A stretch of 44,342 nucleotides of DNA, filler included, from Jimgerdemannia flammicorona (taxonomy: Eukaryota): NCBI GenBank assembly GCA_003990765.1. It is 2 parts of 2 records of this genome, joined end to end, with 100 filler letters (N's around TTAATTAATTAA, not from the genome) between each part and the next. Parts side by side here need not be neighbours in the genome. Positions count along the whole stretch, not along the records: positions 22,223 to 44,342 come from RBNJ01001333.1; 1 more part is not named here. One strand, written 5' to 3'. Positions within the stretch are counted from its first letter, which is position 1. Each line of letters begins with the position of its first letter. Of this stretch, positions 33,402-44,342 are shown one piece after another. The translations under genes were made by a program, and so were the position numbers. The notes below the pieces were generated by a model. The model did not search any database. It was not told the origin of the DNA and saw only the letters and a program-made list of their open reading frames with translations.

Positions 33402-36400
33402 ATGGCCACCTCATTGCCAACTTTTGCAGGATACTTAGAAGAAGATCCTAGAGAATTCCTTGATAGAATTGAAGGAATTGCAGCCTTGAGAAATCTCTCA
33501 GATGAAAGAAAAATCACTATCTACAAGACTCAGCTCAGAGAACCAGCCAGAGGAATTTTTCACTGAACAGCAAATGACCCAAATTCAGAACTGGTAAGAC
33601 AGATATAAGCAGCAATGTCTTCTGAGCTAGAATATGTAGCCATGGTTTACTAACTTATCAAAAAGTATGCAGGAAATGAAACCTGCCACAAGACTCAAGA
33701 ATTCATCATGGAGATGAAGATGAATCTTGGAGAATTCTCAGAGCCTTCTTCATAAGAATCCAGAAGAGAATATATGCTGCCAGGTTCAATGCCAACAACC
33801 AGGACATCAGAAGGTCTGAAGAGCAAGTAGATACAGCCCAAGGATTCTTTGATGTCAGACAAGGAACTACCTGGAGTAATCATGATAAGAAAGAAGATAA
33901 AGAAGACATCCTGATCAAAACCCTATAAGGACTCCTTCAAGGACAAGAAAAGTCTGAAGAAAGAAGGCCAGTCAAAGAAGGAAAGAAGGACAGAAGTAAA
34001 ATCCAAGACCTCAGCTCTAAGTTGGACTAATTGGTTGGACAGATTGAAAAACTTACTATATGCGACAATCAGAGCCACTAAGACAACAGAGAATATCCAC
34101 TACAGAAGAGCCAAGGTTATCTACCAAGAGATAATAGGAATTACCAGCAAGAAAGAAGATACCCTGTTTGAGATAGAGCTCAAGTCTAATGCTTCTACTG
34201 TAGACAATTCAGATACATACTATGCCACTGAATGTGACAACAAAAAAAGTGACGAAAGGGACTCAGAATCATCAAACTGAAGGAATGACACTCAGTACAA
34301 AAAGACTGAAGCTTATCCTGTTGAAGATTTTGAGGAAGCAAGTAATAGTGAAGACTATAGTGATCTAGACTTGTACCCTACCAAGATTACCACTTAGAAA
34401 ACAGTCTATCTAGCAGAGAAAAGGAAGAGACCTGTAGGAAAGCCATCCAGGAACATCAGCAGAAGAATCATCTAAGAGGAAGATAAAGAATATAAAGGGG
34501 AGAATGTAGAAATACCTCCCCAAACCCTCTCACCTTTTGTCCCTGAGACAAATAAGTTGCCACCAGGAGATAAAAAAATGGAAGAAGAATGGGAACCTGC
34601 TGCCCCAAAGCCCAAGAAGAAGTATATCCTGAAGACTATGTCCAGAGATATCTACAATGAAGTCTGGAAGAAAATTTAAGAGTCTAAGATGGAAGTTCCC
34701 CTCCTGCAGTTTCTGCAACTAACACCAGCTAGAGTCTGAAACAAACTACTGAGAACCACCAGGTCTAGCACCAGCTGAGTTCCAATCCCACAGCAAGAAC
34801 CAGTTTCCATTCCTGTTCAAGCTGCCAAAAGACATGTCAGCACCTTCCTATATAGAGATTTTGGAGGACAAAAGGCAAAATCCTTGTAGATACAGGAGCA
34901 GCTGTCTGTATCATTGACAAACAATTCCTAGACACCCTCCAATAGCCCATTGATGGACCATCTAATCTCAGTATCATAGTAGCAAATAGAGCCCGAACTC
35001 AACCCCTTAGAGAAGTATAAAACATCTCCATTTCTCTGGGACACATTCAGTTCTCTATTTCCAAAGCTGTTGTCACCAAAGCCATCACCTATGATATGAT
35101 CCTTAGTACGAACTTGATGAAGGAAATGAATACAGTTGTTGACATCAGTCAACAAGTACTCAAGTTTGACTACTGAGGCAAGAAGTACAGAGTTAAGGTG
35201 ACTAGCTAAGAGTAATCAAAAAAGAAGAAGAAGGTCACTATTCAGAAAGAATATGCCAGTAGAGAAGAGTCTATCATAGAGGAGGAAGAAGAATCTGAAG
35301 ATGGAAATGATCCCAGACTCAATCCCCAAATTAATCTGGTGGATGACAGACCAGAAGACAATATATGGGCCAAGAATACTGTCCCCATTACCATCAGAGC
35401 CATTGTAGGAGAAATCAAAGAATACCCCATCTGCCTCAAGAGACACAAGTGTCCCAAGCACTCCTCCAAGATCATTGGGACAAGGAATTCGCCTGGTACA
35501 GCCTGCTCTGAGTGCAGAAGGAAGAAGAACAAATGCAGTCATATTTCAGAAATATATGCAACTGAAGCTGCAGAAGTACAAGCAATTTGGAGTCCAGAAT
35601 TTCCTGAGGAAGAAGAAGTTCCTAACCAAGAGATTCCTGAACAAGAAGTATCTGAAGAAGAAGAGGTCCCTGAACTCATTCCCTGAGATGACTCTTGCTG
35701 AATACCACCTGAAGACAATGACCCCTGGAATATGGAAGAAGGACCCAGCACAATTACCATTATCTCCAAGAAAGAAACTCACCAGAAAAAAGCTTTTCAG
35801 CTAGGAAGATGTCCACTCCAAATAGTTTTCCACTCTCCATGAGACTACTGTTATCAGTGCCATCTACTAGACCAACAAGAGAGACAGAGACCCCAAAGAC
35901 TAGAACCCCCAACTATACTGACACAGTCAACCACCTTTCAAAAAGTTACCACAAGGTTACAAAGCTGATTTAGAGGATAAGGCTTCTTCACCCAAACAGA
36001 AATATATCCCTTATCTACCCTTTCACTAACTTATGACTAGTGCTCACAATGAATTGAATCAAATTGAATTTGGCCCAAACTTGATTTGATTCAATTGAAT
36101 CAAGGGTCCAATTCGATTCGATTTGAATCGAATCCAAAGTCCAATTCAATTTGAAGTTTGATTTGAACCATAATTTTCAAAATGTAATAACTAGACGAAA
36201 ACTCATCGAAATTTAATGTATTTTAGCTTGTTAGATTCACCATATTAACGTGATTCTAACAGGCTAAAGTACGTTAGATTTGGATGAGCTTATGCTGAGT
36301 TATTGCATTTTGAAAATTAGGGTTGGAATCAGACCCTCAATTCAATTTGACTTTTGATTCAATTTGTATTGATTCGAATTGAAAAATCCCCAATTCAATT

Positions 36401-38849
36401 CAACTCATTTAACTCTCAATTCAAATCAATTTGAATTGATTCAACTCATTTGGGAGCACTACTTATGACCAAGATGGGTACTGATTCCTGAGATAATAAG
36501 AGATCAATAATCAGGAACATCATTTCTGAGCAATAGGATATTGCAACCATGAAAGACACCCAGATTGCTGAGACTACAGGCATCAGAAGATCCATCTCAG
36601 TCATGATGTTGCAGTCCACACTTTGAAGAGAGGAGATAACTGAAGCCAGACCTGAAAAAGCCAGACTAAAAAGCCACAAAGAAGGACTCTTAAGATCTAT
36701 AATTTAGGAGAAGATATCCTAGTACTCATCAGATATACAACCCACCAAGGATGGATAGAAGATATCACTAACTTCATGGAAGCCCTAGACCCAATAAGAA
36801 GAAGAGGAATCAACTATCTCCAAGACCCCTCTACTAGAGCCAGATGGCCATACCTTACCCTCAGAGCATGGAGGCTCTCTGCTAGTTGAGCCTCAGCCCA
36901 AGAATAGCCTGAACTCAGCAAGAATATTGCCTGGTATGCCCTGCTACATCCTAAGGCCAAACCCCCAACCAAAACCTACACAGAAGATATAGGGTATAAT
37001 CTTCACAGTCTGGAGGATGAATTTATCAAGCCTGGAAAAACATTCATAACCAGAACTGGACTAGCCATACCGCCACCCCAAGGAGCTTACATCTAATTGA
37101 CCTCAAGGTCTGGACTTACCAGACAAGGAATAACTATAGAAGGAGGAATCATTGACCAAGGATATACAGGGAAAATCAAGGTCATCCTACACAACAACAG
37201 CACAGAGTGGTACTGAATTATTAGAGAACAGAAGATTGCCCAAGCAGTCTTCAAAAAGTTCAAGACCCCACAATTACAAGAAGTCCCTGAACTGACTGAA
37301 GGAATAAGATAAGCCATAGGATTTGGAAGTTCAGACAAGAAGGAAGTACATCTCTTCAAGTCAACCACTCTAAGAGAAATGCTCCCCAGCAAGTGTACCA
37401 CCAACCAGTCAAACTGCATAAGAACCTCATCCTGGAGCCTGGAGAACAAACCACCTTCGAAATCTTTGCACCACCCGACCCCAGAAACCTTTTCTTTGAA
37501 CCCAAGGAAGATATCCCACACCTGGACATAGAGGGATATACATTCCCTGATAAGATGAATCCAGTGCACTCCTGAGCAACCAACCAAAGTTGGGAAACCA
37601 TCATCTTGCCAAAAGGAACCATCATAGGACACCTGGTACCCTTTCTCAACCAAACTCATAGAGAAGTTTATGAACTAAACCTATTGAGAAATGGTAAAAG
37701 GTTCCAGAAGAAAGGAAAGGCCCCTCTGTGACCCAGGAGACAGTAAAGCCTTTCACCAACATTGAAGAAGAATTGACACCTCAACAATAGCAACAACTAG
37801 TAGAACTTCTCAACAAATATCAAGATATCTTCACTACTGGTTATAGCAACCTGCCATACAATCCATCATATTACCACAGCATAAATACAGGAAATGCAAC
37901 ACCCATCTGGCAGAAACCTTATAGAATACCCCATCACCTAAAAACATTCGAAAAAGAGCACATTCAAGAACTCTTAGACAATGGAGTCATCCGACCCTCT
38001 ACCAGCCCTTGGGCCAGTCCTATACTTATTGTATCAAAGAAAAGAGGATGGAGACTCTGTGTAGATTACAGGAAACTCAATTCAGTCACTGAAAAGGATG
38101 CTTATCCTTTGCCCAGAATCAATGACCTTTTGGATCAGTTACAAGATACCAGATACTTCAGCAGTATGGACCTCTTTACAGGATTCCATGAGATCTCCAT
38201 AGACCTCAAAGACATTCAAAAGATGGCCTTCCTTACTCTAGAAAAACTGTTTGAATACCTCTGAATACCCTTTGGACCTTGCAATGCACCCCCCATCTTT
38301 CAGAGGATGATGAATTCAGTCTATATCCCTTTGATCCACTACTGCCTGATTGTATATACAGATGATTCCAACATCTATTCAGCAAAATTTAAAGAACACC
38401 TGCACCACCTAGAGGAATTCTTCAACCTCACCCATAAAAACCACTTGAGACTGAATATAAATAAATGCTACTTTGGGAAACAGAAACTCGAATTCCTTAT
38501 ATTTATAGTCTTGAAAGAAGGTACCTATACAGACTGAAAGAAAACTGAGAAGATCAACAATTGGCTAGTACCCAAGACCCCAAAGGAAACACTATCATTC
38601 CTGATGCTAGTATCTTACTACAGAAGGTTTATCAAGGACTTTTCCCAAATCCCTACCCCAATCTGAGTCCTTCTCAAGAAAGAAGTATCTATAAATAGAC
38701 AGAATCACAAGAGAAAGCCATCAAAGAACTCAAGAACTGCATGACCACAGTACCAATCCTTGTGTGCCCCAATCTACAGAAGCCATTTATCTTGTAAACA
38801 GATATTTTCAAAAATGGCCTAGGAGCAGTTCTAGCCCAAGAAGGATCTT
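33402..38849 (+). pseudogene. gag-pol: Gypsy D gag-PR-dUTPase (36935-37333)-RT-partial RNase H
   Basis: Reverse-complement homologue of C: VDTGAAVCI, SRSGL, GFGSS, YTDD, AVLAQEG, then a break. Confidence 0.9.
36038..36461. mobile_element. 424-bp hAT-type MITE
   Basis: TIRs TAGTGCTCACAATGAATTGAATC / GATTCAACTCATTTGGGAGCACTA. Perfect 8-bp TSD CTTATGAC (36030-36037, 36462-36469). The empty site is present in copy C (~25390). Confidence 0.95.
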
Positions 38850-38957
38850 ATCTTATATACAACATCAGAGGAACCAGCATCTATTTAAGAAGCATGGATG
38901 GATGAACCTTGAGGATACCAGTACATATCAATTGCCTCAAGATATACCTCTCCTATC

Positions 38958-39470
38958 ATGAACCAGACAATTGACCAGCACCTTCAGACTCTTGTTCTGA
39001 GTTCATTCCAATCACTCCCAGTCTCTCTTCTACAATTCCAACAAGCCAATGGAAACTCCCTTTAATGAATCCAGACCCATTAAGAGAATCTGATTTTGGC
39101 TAGATGTTTACTGAAAGTCCATCAGCTGCAGGTCTACTATGCAATTGGAGAGCAATTGCAGAACCTCTCAGTAGCAGACCTGACCTATATCAGAAACTCC
39201 ACTGATCTTATCCAGAAAAATACCACTGCTGCAGATAGATTATACACAATCTACAAATGAAATATATCAGCCTTGATGTAAGCACAATTCCTTCTAAATG
39301 ACATTCAGAACATAAATCCTACCACTTATTGGAGCATCATCAATTATATCAAAATCATATTTCCAGAAGAAGAAGAAAAACCTATTGGATGGAGTGACTC
39401 TGACCCAAATGAAGATACTGGTTCAGGTATTGATGCTGAAGATACTTATACATATTGGGATAATGACTAA
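38958..39470 (+). pseudogene. Accessory 3' ORF of Gypsy D (~170 codons, five stops derivable from CAA/CGA), similar to ORF3 of A/B
   Basis: Single frame: MNQTIDQH...VYYAIGEQLQ...TDL...AADRLYTIY...LLNDIQNI...acidic tail, ending 40 nt before the 3' LTR. Confidence 0.65.
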
Positions 39471-39510
39471 ATGATTGTCTAAGGGCAGACCATCCTTTAA
39501 TAGGAGCTGA

Positions 39511-41333
39511 TATAATGAGCAACAGATTTGTACTACCAGAATCATAAATTAGCCACTTACTATATCTAGTATACTAAGCAACCAAGACTGCTTTACTATA
39601 CCAACCTGTATATTTAGCTAGAGTACCAGAAACAGTATATTTATCTGTACCCTCAAGGTACACTATACTCTTAAGATATACATACCCTCAAGGTACACTG
39701 TACTCTCACCATAGTTAGCAATCTATAGTTAGCAATATAGTAACCAGATAGCAACCAACTTATATAAATTATCTCAGAGATAAGAGTAAATAAACCTTAG
39801 TCCAAAATTGAATCTAAAGCAACAGCATTCCTTTTTCACTCCAGTCTATTTTTCAATTTAAAACTGATTTTGCTGCTATATTTGAGTGAAGAACTTTACT
39901 GCCTTTGAAATTATTGGTATGCTTGCCAGACTAAGCCTAAAGAACCTGAGTTTGCCACCAAGTTCAAGTAAGAACTTTGCTGTCTTTTGAGGAACCTGTT
40001 GCTTAAGGAATAAGCTGTGCTATTGGTATGCTTATCAGACTAAGTCTGAAGAACCGATTTGCTGATTTTGCTACCAAGTTCGAGTGAAGAACATCGCTGC
40101 CTTTGGAATTATTGGTATACTTGTCAGACTAAGCCTGAAGAACCTAAGTTTGCTACAAAGTTTAAGGAAGAACTCACTACCTTTTGAAGAATCTGCCACT
40201 TAAGTAATAAGTTACACTATTGGTACACTTGCCAGACAAAGTCTGAAGAACTGATTTGGTATACTTGCCAGACTAAGTCAGAAGAGAATAAGTCCAAAAG
40301 TATGAAATTAAATCCAAAAAGCAAAAGATAAGTCTGCTTATTATACTTCAAGAGATATATCTGCCAAAAGCCACTTAATTCAGAAAGGATTACAATACTT
40401 AGGAGAAATGCCCACTCTAAAGCCTCTACTAGAAGATTGTAAGCATTGGTCCCCTTTTTCCACTCCAGTCCATCTTCTAAAACAAAGCCTTGGTTTGCTT
40501 GCCAGATAAGCCTGAAGATTTTCTACCTAAGTTGGAGTGAAGAACTTCACTATCTTTTGAAGAGAAACCTGCCATTTTCAAGTTATCCACATTTCCAGAG
40601 AACCTTGCTGATTCAGGAAGAATCCATGAAGTCTAAGTTGTTTGTATTCTCAGTTAAAGCTGCTGATTCAGGAAGAATCCACATCATCTGAGTTATCCAT
40701 ATCATCTGGGTTATTTTCTAGTTAAAGCTGCCACTTTCAAGAAGTCTGCTGACTTAGGAAGAATCTATACCACCTAAGTATTATTCCCAGAAGTCCACTG
40801 ATTCAAGAAGAATCTGCAAAATCCGAGTTATCTGAGTTATCTGAATTATCTGTGACATATCTGTTGTTCCTAGTGAGCCTGAGTTATTGAGCCAGTATAA
40901 TTCCCAGTAAGAAGACTCTATATCAAACCAAGTTATCTGTCAAATCTACATAAGAAATATCACCAAAATTATTGTTCTACATAAAAGATTATTATATAGA
41001 AATCACATACTTTTGGAAATTACTGCCACTCAAGAAGGAAACTGCTAAATTGCCAGATTGTTCTGCATAAGGAATCTCCTTATGCTATATATAAAATTCG
41101 TCCAATTCCTAGTTAACCCAAGAAGAAAACCCATTCACAAATCGCTACTATACCCTGAGAACCATCCCAATAAGAAAACTCGATGAAATCAACTGTTGTA
41201 TCCGGAACTTGACTATTATACCACTAAATACCAAGAATATTTTATTGTTTTTAACAAAGTAACTATAGGCTAAAGCCAAACCACATCAACCTCCAATCTT
41301 GTAATTTGCCTCTATTGAGCCAGGCACATTACA
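39511..41333 (+). repeat. 3' LTR of Gypsy D (~1823 bp)
   Basis: Direct repeat of 30971-32845 with the same termini. Confidence 0.9.
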
Positions 41334-41987
41334 CTATGCTCTGTGACACTAGTCTACCTTCACTTGCTTCACTCACTCTAGTGCCAAGGCTCTACTTCAC
41401 TCTAGTCATGAGGCTCTAAATCTGATATCTGCCCCTTTGAATGCTAATGATTTTTAGGGTTTTAAACCTATAAGTAAAAATCACATGATAAAATGTAATA
41501 GTCATTGGTCTAGTTCTATTTTTGGGATTTGTTTTGGAGTTGTTTAACATTATATCACGTGACTGGTACCTTTTTCCAATTGTTTCTATATCAGGTTTTT
41601 AATGGCCTATTATATATTCAGATCAATGAAGCCTGATTTAGACCTTTGTTTGGATCAGGGCAAGGTTCAGGTATTTATGCACTAATCCAATTCTGGAATT
41701 CTGGAGTTAGATCTATATATCTTATACTTGAACTTTGTTTTTATTTTTAAATAAAGACTATTATATATTTTAATTTCATGGGCAGGTTGCACATCTATTG
41801 CATCTTGTTTTAGAAAACACTTTAATCTACTTTTTTGTTCCATCATTATAATTTACATAAGCTTATCATTTTCTACTGCTTAACCTATTACCACCAATCT
41901 TCATATCTGTTATAACATTATCTCATCTTGCTCAATTCTCTTCTACTATTATCTACTTGTTTTATAATATACAACATAATAGATAAT

Positions 41988-42900
41988 ATGAATATAGATG
42001 GTGATGCTGCTATCCCCATTGCTTTTTTCACTGATTTGCTGAAGTTTGACAATCTGGCCACCTATATAGCCATTATCTCTGTTGAGGTCCCTGCTTTCTT
42101 CTGTACTGCTTATACCAGAGTGTTTTCCACTCTCAAGATTACTGCTACAATAGAATGCTATGCCAACTTTGTATGAACCCAAGTTGCTGACTGGAAGTTT
42201 ACTCTTTCTAAAAAGGTAGCTGCTGCAATCACTCTTCTACCTGAGGAACAGTCTGATACCATCCTTACTACTACTTTGGCAGAAGCTAGGCACTATGCCA
42301 TAGCCATGGTTAAGGCTATAGTCATTGATAATAATATGGCCACCTAGCATACTAAGAACCAGCATGCCAAAATTAATAAGGCCATGAGTGTCTCATCTGA
42401 AGCTCTGGATTTTTTTAGTCTTTCTGAAGACATCACTCAAGGGATTGGTAAGAATATTGCCACTATATCTACCTCTGAGTGAGCAAAAGTTACTTTTTTC
42501 TTCCTCTGAAGTTATGATATTATCATGCATCAATCATGTCATCTTACCACCACCACTATCACTAAGGCTGTTGCTACCACTGTCTATCCAACTGTCCCTA
42601 TATCCTCCTTTCTGCAAGATGGGATATCTACTACTGCCTGCAAAGCCATAGTTAAGGAGCTTAGAAAGTGCCCTGAAATCATTACTTTAGATGCTAAATG
42701 TATGTTTGCTTCTGCTGCCACTAGTTCTGCCCAGCCAACAAAGAGTGTCCTTACTCTCTTATTCTCTATTGATATGCCTTCAGGAGCTGCAGAAAAGGCT
42801 AAGGGGGTGAGTGTGACTTCAGCCTCTGCTGTGCTGAACTGACACAACTATTCTGGACCTCTTGGTGTGCCAATGAAGGCCCACCAGAGTCCTTGCCCTC
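41988..42900 (+). pseudogene. Putative ORF1 of the Penelope-like element (Ala-rich, helical), end approximate
   Basis: The MNIDGDAAIPIAFF frame continues past TGA/TAG stops. ORF 42525-42842 continues it after a frameshift. Confidence 0.5.
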
Positions 42901-43319
42901 TATTCTCTGTCTTGTCAGAGAGTTCTGTAAAAGGACTCAAGTGAGCATATAAGACTTTGCCTTCTCTATTCATTTATTCTGCTTCCACTAGGACCAGCTG
43001 CTCATTGACTTCAAGCTGCTCATCTAAGAGCACTACAGGGTATTTGTGCCACAGTACAACAAGTGTACTGCCACCAAATGTCATATTGTCTGATACAATG
43101 CTAGTAATATCTGTCCTCTAGCTTCAAAAAACTAGAGATCCCCAGCTAGAAGTCTTATAAGACTTCTCAGCAATTTGGTTTGGCCCCAATGTCTTCATTC
43201 CACATAGAGTAGCAGCCTCAACATTAATTCAGAATTTTGCCTTCATGTCTACTCTTCTCAGTTTTTGCTTAAGTTAGTTTTTCATCTCTCAGTTTGGGAT
43301 ATTTACTAAGGAGGGCTTT

Positions 43320-44325
43320 GTTACTAATATAACTCTGCCTTGACATTCCCTCAAGCTTATATATATACTGAATTTTGGCCCTAAGTTTGTTCTCCCCAGG
43401 TTGGATCAATGAACAGCACTATTGATCTGATTTCATTGTCATTGATCTAATGATATCTCAACCTTACTATCTTCTGGACCTTGATGAATAATTCTGACAA
43501 TATTCCAGAGATCTCTGCCTGGATGTCATCAAAATGATGACCACTGCACTATATAGAAAATATGTAAATTATGCTTCATATGAGTGCTGCATTAAATCAA
43601 GTCATCCAATCTATGATGAATGTATCTGGTACACTTGTACCAAAGAAGTTCTGATACCTTCTTAAAGATATCTGTACTCATGATGACTTCATTGTCTGTC
43701 TTACTAATAAGAATCTGGGGTTTGCTATAATTCTGCATACTCTATATCTCAAATGTCTTCAGTTTCTCATTTATGATCCTATATATATAAATGATTTCTC
43801 TATGATTGATAATGTTAAGGAATTGGTGAGCTAGACCTACTTGGTCTACTCAAGTTCTGTATTGGTGATTCAAATTGTATACCAATTGGAGAATGCCTTA
43901 TGGGGCCCAATGATTGCAAGTTCTGTGTTTCATGTGCTGCCCAAGATATACAAAGGGGTATGTATGATATGGTGCCCTATCATAGACACATTTAACTCTC
44001 CAACAACTGAGATTTCATATTTTCTATCTTACTTTCTCTATCTGTGGTCAGTCCATCTGTATCATAATATGGGTTATTTGCTTTACTCACCTCTATATAA
44101 TACATTAGAACTGCTGTAATTGGTTTGATCAGGTTACCTAAATATGTCAGATTGCTGCTATATTGCTATTGGGGATTTCACTGTATTCTACACTATTATC
44201 ACATTAGATGAGTGTATTAACTGCCTCACCTTCTTATCAATGGTGGCCTTCCCCCCTGGTTCTATACTGCTTGAAGTCATTCTCAGTCTTATCTGTATAG
44301 TTATAACTCATACAATGTTTACATC
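43320..44325 (+). pseudogene. Penelope-like reverse transcriptase, N-terminal half
   Basis: LNFGPKFV (43368), IVCLTNKNLG (decayed DKNLG, ~43700), FHVLPKIYK..WCPIIDTFNSPT..IS.FL (motifs 1-2), GDFTVFYTII (motif A, ~44174). The last three are in one frame. Confidence 0.8.
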
Positions 44326-44342
44326 TTTTTTTTTTTTTTTTT

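Larger units (their letters stand above)
30971..41333 (+). mobile_element. Gypsy D: same family as C, two LTRs, internal deletion of most of RNase H and all of integrase, heavily mutated
   Basis: LTRs 30971-32845 and 39511-41333. 4-bp TSD CTAC/CTAT (CpG decay). Internal region collinear with C until ~38849. Confidence 0.92.
41334..44342 (+). mobile_element. Decayed Penelope-like retroelement (leader, ORF1, RT); its leftmost ~60 nt (30910-30970) are displaced by Gypsy D; runs off the window
   Basis: PLE-type RT motifs lie downstream of a separate ORF1. The leader is duplicated at 30270-30909. Confidence 0.75.

Noticed and set aside
41453..41460. Telomeric repeat (TTTTAGGG) marking a telomeric PLE
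   Set aside because: Single unit inside a palindrome and not conserved in copy 1.
41610..41672. Hammerhead ribozyme in the PLE leader (hairpin GCCTGAT..AGAC-CTTT-GTTTGGATCAGGGC; also 30562-30610)
   Set aside because: The two copies reconstruct to TCGATGA and GGGC(G/A)AGG rather than CTGATGA and GAAA. The hairpin is real but the catalytic core is not supported. An Infernal search on a consensus would settle it.
1..44342. Naming the host species, or any intact host gene
   Set aside because: Only indirect hints of a fungus (chromovirus, Zn2Cys6-like motif, DKNLG-type PLE). Essentially the whole window is accounted for by transposon-derived sequence.

Overview
Eukaryotic, probably fungal, repeat-dense DNA with no intact host gene: a nested set of decayed retroelements whose stops are mostly C->T/G->A. 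Left contig (1-22122): an L1/Tx1-type LINE (LINE-2) carries two copies of a chromodomain Ty3/Gypsy element. Copy B is complete (12687-21842, TSD CAACT). Copy A (4874-9677) is interrupted by a second LINE (LINE-1, 609-4873), which is cut by the end of a hAT-like element (1-608). An artificial N/TTAATTAATTAA spacer (22123-22222) separates the contigs. Right contig: two divergently oriented copies of a second Gypsy family, C (minus, 22223-30269) and D (plus, 30971-41333, integrase deleted, with a 424-bp hAT MITE). They are inserted 4 nt apart in homologous copies of the leader of a decayed Penelope-like element (ORF1 + RT, 41334-44342). Both Gypsy families encode a dUTPase, in different positions, plus Cys-rich modules and ATG-less gag extensions. 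Both also carry an apparently homologous, uncharacterised helical ORF just before the 3' LTR (YxIGxQL...TxL...A...I...LNDxQN), the best candidate here for an undescribed system. All alignments and translations were done by eye.
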